The notes under the pieces were generated by a model that was not told where the DNA came from, ran no database searches, and saw only the letters and a program-made list of their open reading frames with translations. 64,000 nucleotides of DNA from Octopus bimaculoides. Taxonomy: Eukaryota. Shown here one piece after another: positions 39,925 through 52,994 of this stretch (position 1 is the stretch's first letter; each line of letters begins with the position of its first letter). Where the stretch lies: assembly GCF_001194135.2 (NCBI RefSeq), contig NC_068982.1, positions 65,636,596-65,700,595 on the forward strand, in the 5' to 3' direction. Made by a program: the position numbers and the translations under genes.

Positions 39925-40630
39925 GCTATGAAGAACCAAATTCATCTCAACAACACTGAGAAAAAACCGTTGAAAGAACCATCTAGAAATTTTATTACCT
40001 TCGTGCGCTCAGGTCAGCGGATCCGTTTCAAGAAAAAGAACAAGAAACTTCCTATGAGAGATGAAAAGTGGAACGACTATTGGGAAGTGACTGCAGATTT
40101 ACCTGGGTGCCAGGCATTCTTTCCCATCCCAGTTATGGAAAAACTGGACATTTTGATGTGGTGTGAAAGAAGGAAAGTTGTAAATCTAGTCGAGTTAATG
40201 GTTCCTCATGAAGATAATATGGACGCCACACGGGCTTGAAAGATTGACCATTATGTAAACCTCCTCGAGAATTGTGAAGACGCAGGCTGGAAAGTGGAGC
40301 ATTTTCCAATCGAAGTTGGATGTAGAGTTTGTAGGACACAGTGTGAAACGACTGCTGTTATCGTTAGGCCTAACTCATCATAAGGTAAGTATCACCATGA
40401 GTGATATCCAAAATACAGAGTAGAAGGCTAGCCACTGGATTTGGTTAAAAAGAGACGATGAGCGATGGCTAGAGAAATATTGAGCTTTGTTTTTAATAAC
40501 CAGTTGATCTAGCAAGCGGGGCCTCATATCAGTGAGGGGGGCCGGTGCGCATTGATGCCGTAGAGTGGTAGGCCCTGAAACAGCGCTCATTCTCTCCTGA
40601 TGACCCCATACACTTGCTGGCTTCCGGTAT
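39925..40630 (+). mobile_element. RLE-type (HERO/NeSL-like) retrotransposon 3' fragment
   Basis: LDILMW...VELMVPHEDN...GWKVEHFPIEVGC endonuclease relic followed by a GC-rich 3' segment. Confidence 0.7.
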
Positions 40631-41672
40631 GCAGAGTTCTCGACTGGTAGCACTTGCATGTGCAAGTTGTTTGCAAGACATATATGTAAGGTGGATGCAT
40701 TCACATGTACACACCTGTATACGAGCAAATACACATATAGATAGTAATTGTCTTAAATTGTTCTGATGGTGGTGGTTTCCAGTTGCATAGTAAATGTTTG
40801 TTGACGTGTTTGCATACACTAAACATCTCTGATCTTGTGTCTAAATACAAGCAAGAGGTTCATGTATCCCAGAATATGACGCTCTTCTCAGCTATGTAGA
40901 TGTCACATCATTTGGTTCTCTTTTTGAATGGTTTGAACTTTTTGATACTGTTGTGTTTGGGGAGAGTCATTCTGTTTTAATGCCTTATTAATTAACACAC
41001 TCACTAGTTTGATTTCAACTCATTTACTTTTTTTTTTTTTTTTTCTCAAATTTTCATTGCTCCATGCAATCTCTTCAATAGTTGTTGATACTCCCCAGAC
41101 ACCACAAAATATGTTTCAACATATGTATTCACATAAAGAATCTTGCAAATCAAATACAAAAACTTTTTATTTCCTACTTAATGAATTTATTTGCTACTGT
41201 TTTAAGTTTCAGATCTAATTTGATAGTTTGGTAGAATTCCTATTTTTTATGTGTCTGAACACAGAGGGATGAGTATGTAACCATATAGCATAGTCCTCTA
41301 TTATACACTGTACTGAATGCAGTTATCATGGTACCAGCACCAGTGAGGTTGCTTTGTATCTCACAAAACTTCTGACCACATTAATATTTGTTTATTTTCA
41401 CAAGGCAAGAAACCAAGAAGGTGAATAAAAGAGAGAGCAATGGAGGAACCAGGATGGATGAATGAAGGTAGCAAGATTATTATGGTAAAAACAGAATGGA
41501 GTGAAAGGTTGGCAGAAAGTGATGGATAGAGATGAATGGCTTGGCACTGTTTTATACAGCCATCATCATCTATATATCATATCCCTATACTAACTCTTGC
41601 ACACTACCTTTGATACTTCTTATAACCAATTTTTCTCTCAGCTCATATATATTCCTTTGTTTATGCACACTA

Positions 41673-42056
41673 GGGAGGCGCAATGGCCCAGTGGTTGGGG
41701 CAGCGGACTCGTGGTCATAGGATCGCGGTTTCGATTCCCAGACTGGGCGTTGTGAGTGTTTATTGAGCGAAAACACCTAAAGCTCCACGAGGCTCCGGCA
41801 GGGGATGGTGGCAAACCCTGCTGTACTCTTTCACCACAACTTTCTCTCACTCTTACTTCCTGTTTCTGTTGTGCCTGTAATTCAAAGGGTCAGCCTTGTC
41901 ACACTGTGTCACGCTGAATATACCCGAGAACTTCGTTAAGGGTACACGTGTCTGTGGAGTGCTCAGCCACTTGCACGTTAATTTCCCGAGCAGGCTGTTC
42001 CGTTGATCGGATCAACTGGAACCCTCGAAGTTGTAAGCAACGGAGTGCCAACAACA
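41673..42056 (+). mobile_element. SINE family A copy
   Basis: Colinear with 20458-20841; TSD tatgca(c/t)acta. Confidence 0.9.
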
Positions 42057-42076
42057 TATGCATACTAATCTTACAC

Positions 42077-42450
42077 TGTGGAGGCACAATGGCCCGGTGG
42101 TTAGGGCAGCGGACTCGTGGTTGTAGGATTACGGTTTCAATTCCCAGACCAGGCATTGTGAGTGTTTATTGAGCGAAAAAACCTAAAGCTCCACAAGGCC
42201 CCAGCAGGGGCTGGTGACGAACCCTGCTGTACTCTTTCACCACAACTTTCTCTTCCTGTTTCTGTTGTACCTGTATTTCAAAGAGCCAACCTTGTCACAC
42301 TATGTCATGCTGAATCTCCCCGAGAACTACGTTAAGAGGTACACGTGTCTGGAGTGTTCAGCCACTTGCATGTTAATTTCACAAGCAGGCTGTTCTGCTG
42401 ATTGGATCAACTGGAAACCTCGTCGTCGGAACCGACAGAGTGCCACATGA
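42077..42450 (+). mobile_element. SINE family A copy, adjacent independent insertion
   Basis: TSD aatcttacac (42067-42076 and 42451-42460). Confidence 0.88.
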
Positions 42451-45365
42451 AATCTTACACATCTAGGAGAGCATACTTGCTTAATTTCTTTTTAATCCTT
42501 GCTACTCTGCATTTTATGTCCATATTATGTGCAAGTGTGTGTTGAATTTACACATAAAAGAGATATCAGAGGATCAGTCTTCTCTTATATATCATGTAGG
42601 TCTTTTTAACACTATTTTTAACATATTGTTATTTAGATCTTGGTATGCTTCTGAGATCAGTATTCTGTTTGAGTCCATGCGACATTATAAAACTTGTTAA
42701 CAACACACTGACAGAGATGTTTCCACTGTCGAAAACTCTGTCAAATGATGGAATACACTCAGATACACACTTACAGCCACCAATTGGCATTCGTATCTGC
42801 TGCTTGTTTGCTCAAGAATTTCGTTACCATTATTTTTTCCTGTAACACTTTTTACCTTTTATTACTTTTCTATTACAAGCATTATGATCTATAATAAACT
42901 TTATCATATTTTACATTCCAAACTGAACCTTATAATTCATTTGCTGAATTTTATTTCATTCAGTTTTTGAATTTCTGTTAGTTTTTTGTACATGATCACA
43001 TTTTTGCTATTTGCACATTGCTTCAAACCTTTTTTAAATACAATTCTTGATCTGCTATGTATATTTTATTTCAGCATGCGCTATATTTCTTTTTGTGAAA
43101 CAAAGTTTAATGTCTAAGTACTGATGTTTCTGCAAGCAATCTCACTAGTGCTGGTGTCATGAAAAAATACACCAGCACATATTGTCAAGTTGGTGGTGTT
43201 AGGAAGGGCATCCAGCCATAGAAGATATGCCAAAGCTGACACTGAATCTTGGCACAGCCGTGTGATTCACCAGATCCTGCCAAACTGTCCAAGCCATACC
43301 AGCATGAAAAAAAAAAATGGATGATAGATGGTGATGATGTTAAAATAACATCAAATGTGACCATTTATTAGAACTATTTTGAAAGAAATAGGTTACCATT
43401 TTGTAAATACATTGGAGTTCTCTTTCAAGTGGAATATAAAAGCACCACAAACAAAAATATATTTTAACTACATATATACTGAAATCAGTTTTTGTATGAA
43501 TTTTGCAAGTATTCATTATTGTCATCATTTAATATCCGTTGTCCATGCTGGCATGGGTTGGATGGTTTGACCAGGGCTGGTAAGCTGAGGAGCCGCACCA
43601 GATTCTAGTCTGATTTGGCATGGCTTCTACGGCTGGATGCTCTTCCTAATGCCAACCACTCCAGGAGTGTACTAGGTGCTTTTACATGTCACTGGCACAG
43701 GTGTCAGTTTGCATGACACCAATATCTGCCACAACTATGATTTCACTTGGTTTGATGGGTCTTCTTTTCAAGCATGTCATTTGTCATTTCCTCTGCGAGG
43801 CCCAACATACAGAAGGTGCTTTTTATGTGCCACCGGCATGGGTGATAGTTATGTGACACCAGCATCAGCCACACTGCCTCCACGATATGGCAGATGCTGG
43901 TGTCACGTAAAAGTACCTTCTGTATGTTGGGCCTTATAGAGGCAATGAAGCCCAGTGTATAAGTATTATAGTTCTTTATTTCAAACACGAAATTACAGCT
44001 GTAGATTTTATCATTTATGAATCAGCACTATCATTAGTTTAACAAGAACATTACAATCTCACTGAAATAATTAATAAACACATTGAAAAAAAAAAAAAAA
44101 ATAAATAAACAGAATAAAAATGTATAAAACATATACAAAATATGGACCAAAAGTAGTAGAAATCATATAACTTTTGGAACTATAAGTGGTGTTGAAATAA
44201 TAACAAAAATGTATATAAAATTACTTTCAAAATAATATTTAATTGATAAGAAGGCAGTGAGCTGGCAGAAACATTAGCACACCGGGTGAAATGCTTAGCG
44301 GTATTTTGTCTGTCTTTACATTCTGAGTGCAATTTCTGCCGAGGTTGACATTGCCTTTCATCCTTTCGGGGTCGATAAATTAAGTACCAGTTGTGTACTA
44401 GGGGCAATCTAATCAACTCCCCCTGCTCCACTCACAAAAAATTTCAGGCCTTGTACCAAGAGTAGAAAAGAATATTTAATTGATAAGGAATTTATACAGC
44501 AGGTAATTCTTTTTTTGTTTTAGAAATAATACTGAAGAGTTATCCCAGGCAAGAGTAACAGAATTGATAGAGTGCCAAACTAATAATAACCTTGTAGTAT
44601 TTACTTATGATCCTGTATGTTTTGAGTTCAAAATTCTACACCTGCTTCCCTTAAAATTATCTCCTGATGCCTATGTTAGATATTACTACTACTACAACCA
44701 CCACTTAGCTGGCAGATTCATTAAAGTGTTGGAAGCATTCCTTCCAGCTCTTTATGTTCTGAATTCCCATTCTGCTTAGGTCATCCTTGATTTTCATCCT
44801 ATGTATATATATTATATTTATATATAAAACCTAAGACAAGATGAAGTTTAGCTGAACACAAAAAAATGTTCATCATATATTTATATTTATATATATACAG
44901 AAGTTAAAAAGTTTGCAAAAATTTTTTGTTACATTTAATCAGTTAAGTAGTTAACTTACAAAATAATTTGCCAACAATGTATCTTTCCATTATTAAGATT
45001 TGTTTATATTTGCATATACATATATATTCTTTTCTGCTCTAGGCACAAGGCTCGAAATTTTGAGGGAGGGGGGCCAGTTGATTAGATTGACACTAGTATG
45101 CAACTGGTACTTAATTTATCAACCCCGAAAGGATGAAAGGTAAAGTTGACCTTGGCGGAATTTGAACTCAGAACGTAAAGACAGATGAAATACCACTAAG
45201 CATTTTGCCCAGTGTGCTAAAATTTCTGCCAGCTCACCGCCTTATATACATGTACATTTATACACACATGTGTGTGTACACACACATACATTCATTATGT
45301 AAGGCACACATACATGTTTATTTGTATAATACACGGTTAGCTTAAGGAATGTAATTCAATCTTCT

Positions 45366-45618
45366 TTAAAATTTAGCTCCCATGAATTTAAATACCCAAG
45401 CTCTTTTGCTTGGCATTTGATTAATTTGAATATTTGGAATCATTAACAGGATACCAAATGTCGTCTCTTTGATTACAATATTTCCACTATAGCCCAGTAA
45501 AGAGACACTGATAGATGGCAAGTAGTCAACTGATCCAAGATGGATGAGGTTTCCTTTTGGTCTGTCTAAGACAATAGCATAGACAGCTGTACCATTGCTG
45601 GCTTTATTGGATGTATAC
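45366..45618 (-). CDS. FUCA: Alpha-L-fucosidase last exon (YTSNKASNG...AWVFKFMGAKF-stop)
   Basis: ctcttctag acceptor; 84 codons to TAA; WYT and AW-x-x-K pattern of the GH29 C-terminal domain; AATAAA on - at 45317-45322. Confidence 0.88.
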
Positions 45619-46528
45619 CTAGAAGAGACAAAAAAGACAGAATTTTAACTGATATTTTTGATTAAACATAAACAGAAATAATATTCAGAACAAGTAGTTT
45701 AGCCAACAAATTTAGTCAATGATGATTTTTAAAACTGACATATTTCAACATAAATAGATTTTATGTTAGTTTCAACAAATGATAGTTTTACTTATTAAGT
45801 GAATAGACATAAATGTGGCTGTGTGATTGAGAAGTTTGCTTCCCAGTGACATGGTTTAAGGTTCAGTCCTACTGCATGGCACTTTGGGCAAGTGCTTTCT
45901 ATTATAGTTCTGAGCAAACTTGTCAGTGGACTTAGTAGATGGAAACTGAAAGAGACCATCGTACATATATGTGCGTATAATTTACCTTTTACTTATTTCA
46001 GTCATTAGACTGTGGCTATGCTGTAGTAATATGTAAATGCATGTGCGTGTGTGTGTGTGTGTGTGCGCGTGCATGTGCATGATTGTATGTGTGGGGTTTA
46101 ATGCCTCCTTGACTCGACATCACATCACAATTGAATACAAGTGTCAGCATTACACAAGAGGTGTCATTTGTTTCCGTTCTGTGAAAATATGTCTGGCTAT
46201 GGGAAAATATTACCTTACTTGGAAACAGGTGAGGGTAGCTGATGAAGGGCATCCAGCTGCAGAAAATTTGCCTCAGTGAATTCTGTCTGACCCATGTGAG
46301 CATGAAAACATGGATGCTGAAATGATGATGATAACTATCTACTTACTGAATTGTAGTACAAATGCCTAAACATTAAACATTCTACAGATACATTTAGGCT
46401 TAAAGTAATCCTTGAGAAAACTCTGTATAACAATGTGTGTGTCTGTGAGAGAGAGAGATGTTGGCCTTCATATTGCATGTACAGTCTATATGGTCAATAC
46501 AAGGAATAAACAAACTGCTATAACTTAC

Positions 46529-46699
46529 CATACTCTTGGAGTAATTGTATCATTTTGGTGAAGCCAAGGTTTGGAAGAGTAGATTGCCTCACCATTGAGC
46601 TTTAACCATTGTCCAAATTGTAACAAACGTTCCTCAAAGATTGGTGAAATACGGCCATCATGAGTTGGTCCAACATTTACAAGCAAATTGCCACCACAA
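46529..46699 (-). CDS. FUCA: Alpha-L-fucosidase exon ([15 protein letters not shown]...[15 protein letters not shown]...RV)
   Basis: ttctcag and gtaagt junctions; GGNLL-x-NVGP and NGEAIY motifs. Confidence 0.96.
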
Positions 46700-46789
46700 C
46701 TGAGAAACAAAAATTAAACAGATTCTTGTAATTTTTTCTAAAATCTAGAATTGTTAAAAAAATAAAATGAGTACACTTCAACATTTCCT

Positions 46790-47615
46790 TGACCTTTGAC
46801 CCAACCTCACACATCCACACTCCTTTGTCTGGTCAAACTTGTCCTCTCACTTAACTGCTTCTCATTCACAGGTGATTTTTACCAGCAAATCTCGGGAGTT
46901 GTCATGGGAACGAGAATGGGCCCTATGTATGCAAACCAGTTCGTTGGCTATGTTGAGGCCCAAATATTCTCAAGTTTCACTGGTCCCACTCTCGAACTAT
47001 ACAGTCATTATATTGACAACTGTATCACACCTACTTCCTCCCACCCACTTCCCCTCTTCACTCCTACCACCTTCTCCCTTCATCGTCACCCCTCCCTTGT
47101 TACTCCACTCTTACACATTCCAACCCCACCATCCCTTACACCCAACCCTTGCTTCCCCCACACCCCAATACCACACCACACCAGCCCGCACACACTAGCA
47201 CTACTTCCCAGCACCCACGCTAGCACTGACCACTTCCCAGCACCCACACCATAATCCATACACCTACAAATGCACACACGCACACATCAAGGTCACCAGT
47301 CTGCTTCCACATGCACATACACGGTCTCACATACACACACACGTGCACCTTTGTTTTGGGATCACCACTACTTTATTATCTCTCCTTCTTCCTAGCTCTC
47401 CTGTGTGTCCCCTCTGTCTGGCATTTGCCATGATACATCGCTAGCCACTAAACCTTTTTTATTTTCTCTCCCTGTTTATTTCTGTGTTCCATTCTGCTGA
47501 AGAGCGTAGGCTCGAAACATATAAGACTTTCTCACTTCCCAAACATTAAACTAATACATGTTTGTTGTTTACACACCTGTCTTCGTCTTTTGTTTTTTTT
47601 GTAAATTCTCATTAT
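46790..47615 (+). mobile_element. Penelope-like element fragment, antisense in a FUCA intron
   Basis: FSFTGDFYQQISGVVMGTRMGPMYANQFVGYVE...HYIDN matches PLE RT motifs; hammerhead-like terminal motif at 47494-47521. Confidence 0.75.
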
Positions 47616-47859
47616 ATATATATATCATCATCATCGTTTAACGTCCGCTTTCCATGCTAGCATGGGTTGGACGATTTGACTGAGGACTGGTGAAACCGGA
47701 TGGTAACACCAGGCTCCAGTCTGATTTGGCAGAGTTTCTACAGCTGGATGCCCTTCCTAACGCCAACCACTCAGAGAGTGTAGTGGGTGCTTTTACGTGT
47801 CACCCGCACGAAAACGGCCACGCTCGAAATGGTGTCTTTTATGTGCCACCCGCACAAGC

Positions 47860-48426
47860 NNNNNNNNNNNNNNNNNNNNNNNNNNNNNNNNNNNNNNNNN
47901 NNNNNNNNNNNNNNNNNNNNNNNNNNNNNNNNNNNNNNNNNNNNNNNNNNNNNNNNNNNNNNNNNNNNNNNNNNNNNNNNNNNNNNNNNNNNNNNNNNNN
48001 NNNNNNNNNNNNNNNNNNNNNNNNNNNNNNNNNNNNNNNNNNNNNNNNNNNNNNNNNNNNNNNNNNNNNNNNNNNNNNNNNNNNNNNNNNNNNNNNNNNN
48101 NNNNNNNNNNNNNNNNNNNNNNNNNNNNNNNNNNNNNNNNNNNNNNNNNNNNNNNNNNNNNNNNNNNNNNNNNNNNNNNNNNNNNNNNNNNNNNNNNNNN
48201 NNNNNNNNNNNNNNNNNNNNNNNNNNNNNNNNNNNNNNNNNNNNNNNNNNNNNNNNNNNNNNNNNNNNNNNNNNNNNNNNNNNNNNNNNNNNNNNNNNNN
48301 NNNNNNNNNNNNNNNNNNNNNNNNNNNNNNNNNNNNNNNNNNNNNNNNNNNNNNNNNNNNNNNNNNNNNNNNNNNNNNNNNNNNNNNNNNNNNNNNNNNN
48401 NNNNNNNNNNNNNNNNNNNNNNNNNN
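47860..48426. other. Assembly gap (N run); smaller gaps at 4183-4294, 26644-26653, 58566-58575
   Basis: N characters. Confidence 1.
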
Positions 48427-49038
48427 ATAAATTTTAAATTTTAAATATAAATATACGAAATATAAATATCAATATATATAAAAATCTGAATATAGATAAA
48501 TATATGTCTGAATATATATGCGTATAAAAATTTATGTGTAATTAAGCATGAATATTGTAAAGTCTAAAATATAAAATATAAAGGAACCTAAAATTTAAAG
48601 AGTTAAATATCTTACGATCGTTTCGCGGATATTACTATAATCACAAAGTGATCTAAAGATCATCTTATTAACAGTAATTCCGCTCTTCAGAGATGCATTA
48701 AGAACCAATAGTATATATATATAATATTAAAACATTAGAAATATTTTTAATTTTTAATATTAGAATGTATTTATCGCCAAATCAGATTGGAGACTGGTGT
48801 AGCCATCTGGTTCACCAGTCCTCAGTCAAATCATCCAACCCATGCTAGCATGGAAAGCAGATGTTAAACGATGATGATGATGATGAGTATATACATTCAT
48901 ATAAAAAACTTGTTCCCATGTAGTTCCAATTTATCCATTTCATATAAAATCTGATTTATTTCATGTAGAACTTAATATATAAATATTTCATGCAGAATCA
49001 AATATTTTTTTTAAGCTAATTACATTAATTTTACCTAC

Positions 49039-49171
49039 CTGACAGTTTCAGCAAGTTCAGCAATCAATTTATCAACTGTCAGTAAATCTTGAAGCCTTAA
49101 GTTGCGTCTGTAACCCCAAGAATATCGGTCGATTGTCATGGCATTTTCCCACTTCTTCTTTACAAGAACAC
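49039..49171 (-). CDS. FUCA: Alpha-L-fucosidase exon ([22 protein letters not shown]...AETV)
   Basis: ttgcag and gtaggt junctions; KWE acid/base Glu and SWGYRR. Confidence 0.95.
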
Positions 49172-51317
49172 CTGCAAAGAAATGTAGAACAAAATGATAA
49201 TCCAAAAAGATACAAAGCTGATGTAGAACATAATGATAATCCAAAAAGATACAAAGCTAATTGTTGCCCTTGAATAAACTCATATCAAACCTGATCAAAT
49301 AGCCCTATGATCAAGGGCTTTCCTTCCAAGACCATCCTTTCTTTTATCATTCTAAGGAAACATTGTCAAATGTAAAATTAGAAATATAATATTTCTAAAT
49401 CTCTCAGAGAGATTTAAGCAGTAGTGTATTCCCTTATTGGGATTGTCACATTAAGTTGACAATATACTACAACTTTAATTGTCAAATGTGTCTCTTTTCC
49501 AAAATGGAAGGTGTAATTTGAGGAAAATTTGACTGTTATTTATAGCAGGTCGTGCAACCATTTAAAGATCCTCTTTTTGGCTCAGGGGTTTCTAAAGCCA
49601 GTTTGTTTTCACCTTTTAGAATACTCTAAAGTTAACCTATTGTACACTATTTGGAGAGCTAGATGATGGCCACCTAAGACATTTGATACTTTTCATGTAT
49701 ATTTTTAAAACTAGGACATTAAAAAAATATAAAAACATAAAATAAATTGGTTCAATGGTAGAACATCTGTCATGTTTATAGATGTAGGTTTGAGTCCCAC
49801 TGGCACCTTTTGACTTTTTCTATCCAAAAGTTTTTTTAACCCAATACCTATATGCTATTATTTATAACTTTATCTATTTTGAGTTCTACTATTATGAACG
49901 AATTATCTCAGGTCTCTAGGAGTTTCTAAATTCACGTGATGCAAACAACATACAATTCTTGCTAGTAAAAACGAATTTTCTAAAATAGACAGAGAAATCT
50001 AAAGGATTGCTTTGGTCTAATGGTAGAACGTCCATCAAATTTACAGATTCAAGTCCTACAAGCAACCTTTGACTTCTATCAAAAGGGTTTCTTTCCACCT
50101 GATATTTGCACACTATTATTCATAACTTTATCTACTTTGAGTTCCCCCATAAAAAAAATAAAATGAAACTGTGTCATCTTTATCTGAGTTCTAACTAGAG
50201 ATAAAGGAAAAGCTATAAGTCGAAATTAACAGATGTTATTGTAAGGGATGTTGTACAACAGAATGCAGAGATACAATCTTTGGTGATGCAACAGTACCAA
50301 CAGTAATAAGGATTTCTAACAGGCACAAGCATGGTTGTGTCATAAGAAGTTTGTTTCCTAATCACCTGGTTCTGGGTTCAGTCCCATTGTATGGCACCTG
50401 GGGTGTTTTCTACTTTAAGCCTTGGGCTAACCAAAGCACTGTGAGTGGATTTGGTAGACAGAAACTGAAAGAAGCCCATTGTTTGTAACTGGTGTCGATA
50501 TGTTTTCATCTCTATAACTTGGTGATTCAGCAAAAGAGACTGACATACTAAGTACTAAGCTTAAAAAAACAATAAGTCCTGAGGTTAATTCGTTCAACTA
50601 AAAATTTTTCAAGGCAGTGCACTAGCATGGCTGCAGCCAAATGGTTGAAACAAAAGATATGCATAAGACCACAAATTTGGGGAGCAGATTTATTTGATTA
50701 AACTGACTCCAGTACTTGAATGGTACTTTATTTTCTCACCCACCACCTCCACAGAAAGTTAAATGTTGAGCTTCATAGAATTTGAACTAAGCATGTAAGG
50801 AGCTGATATGTTGTTCAATTCTGCCAATCTAATCAATTCTCACATAAAGACAAGGCCACAAATTTTGGAGGAAGAGGAGGTGTGAAGCGGATTTCATTGA
50901 CTTCATTACTTAATTACTGGAATGAGATGATGATTTGGCATGGTTGACTGCTTAGGTTGATGGTATGTTTTGGCACTCGAGGCAAACATGCACATGTGTG
51001 CAGAAATATACAAATACAGATAGAAAAAGTGAGTGTATGTGTGTGTGCATGAGAGAGAGACAGAGACAGACAGAGAGAAAGAGAGAGAGAAACATTACAA
51101 TTTACTAATTGAACCTGATTGACATGAACCCTTTCTCTCTCATACACATAGACATGCCCAGAGAGAGAGGAAGAGAGACAGAGAGGAAGAGAGACAGAGA
51201 GGAGGGGAAGAGAACAAGAGAAACATTAAAACTTGATGTCAAATACATTAGCATTGAATCAGCAACATCAAATAGGCTATGCCAAAACGGCTGTGCCAAA
51301 TTGTTGTATACCCTTAC

Positions 51318-51415
51318 CTGGATTGTATCTGTCATTACAGTTGAGAAATCCACCATGTTTGCATCGAACATTTTTACCCCATCGGTCATTCACACATACT
51401 GTGTCTTTCACAGGA
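51318..51415 (-). CDS. FUCA: Alpha-L-fucosidase exon ([13 protein letters not shown]...CNDRYNP)
   Basis: ttttag and gtaagg junctions; VNDRWG motif. Confidence 0.95.
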
Positions 51416-52994
51416 CTAAAAAGTAAGTGAATGAATAAATAAATATATAAATAAAAGGAAAAACACACAAGTATTCTTATTAACTTAATCGACTGTCAAG
51501 TGATAATACATTTTCAAAACTTCTGATTTTGATGTCTTATTAAAAATCCATTTTGGCCATCTTACTCCACTCTTGATACAGGTATTTCTCATCAACTGAA
51601 CCTCTACTTTATTCATCCCTGACTATAATCACTTCTACCTCAATCTGTAACCATAGGTTACTACTCTCCCCTCACACTCTTATGAAATTACCCTATCTCC
51701 CTACCCTGATCCCTTGTTTGTATCTTCTCTCATACTTACCATCATTTGTCTTGAGATGCCTTGGCATCTCGTCAAAACCATCTTTATCTTCTTTCCAGCT
51801 ACACCATTATACAATGCGAGGTAGCCATGGACCTCCTGTATAGCAAGCCACCTGGGTTTGTACCTCTATCATTCTTTAGCCATCAACAGCTAGCATAAAA
51901 CCATCTCTCCATTTTCACCACTACCCCCACTTCATAGAGGGAGCTTTTACCGGCTTTCCTGTTCTTTTCTTTCCTTACAAGTTACTTGGCAACCCCACAA
52001 GTGCCAACAGGAGGAGAAAAGCAACTAGTACATACTGTAAACTGATTGGGATTAGGGTGGGCATCCAGCCATAGAAACCATGCCAAAGCTGGCATCAGAT
52101 CCCAGCGTAGCCCTGCAGCTCACTACTCACTAGACCCTGTCAAACTGCCCAACTCATGCCAGAATGGAAAATGGATGTTAAATAATGATGATGATGATGA
52201 TAACAACAATGACAACGATGATAATGATGATGATGATGATGATGATATTTTCTACATGAAGGACACCTAGTGAAGTTTCCTCCAAGACTCTTAGTGTACT
52301 GAGTAAAAAATGAACTTTTAATCAATTAAAATCAAACCTATAATGACAGGGATTCATTAGCATTAATGACAATTCTATAAAATATGAGATACTTTTAATC
52401 AAATGATTATATACTTCTTCTACCTCTAAAGTACCATGTACCAACATAACTATAAAATATAGTTATGACTCATATACATCCATTGTATTTGTACAGTTTG
52501 AAATGTAAACATGTATTCTACAATCAATACTAGGTTAATGCTAACCTAATTTAATGCCATTGTGTAATTTATAGATTGTAATTGTAGCTATATTTGTATT
52601 CCTTCAACTGCTTGAGCAAACTGAACAAAGGTCACCAATCTTGGTGTTGGAGAATATGGAAGCTGATTCATAAATCAAAGCTTGTAAATAAGATCTAAGG
52701 GCACATCACAAACATAGATACAAATGGGTTTTAATGTTGAATCCCATTACTAAATATTCAGCAACAAATGAAATATAGATTATAATTTTCCAGGAAATCT
52801 TAGAAAGTATATTTATATATACTCTACTTTTTGATCTTCAATCACCATCAGGTGACTTATTCCAGACCCAATTTGAACAAGGAAATTTATTTTCTACGAC
52901 ACTGGCACATGCATTGCCTTCATGGATAAGTACATTACTACTACCCTTAGATTACAAACAGAAATTCTTGTTCAAATTTGACACTATATATACA

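Noticed and set aside
47690-48444. ORFs of 215-246 aa
   Set aside because: They run through N bases; the real part is an RTE UTR repeat
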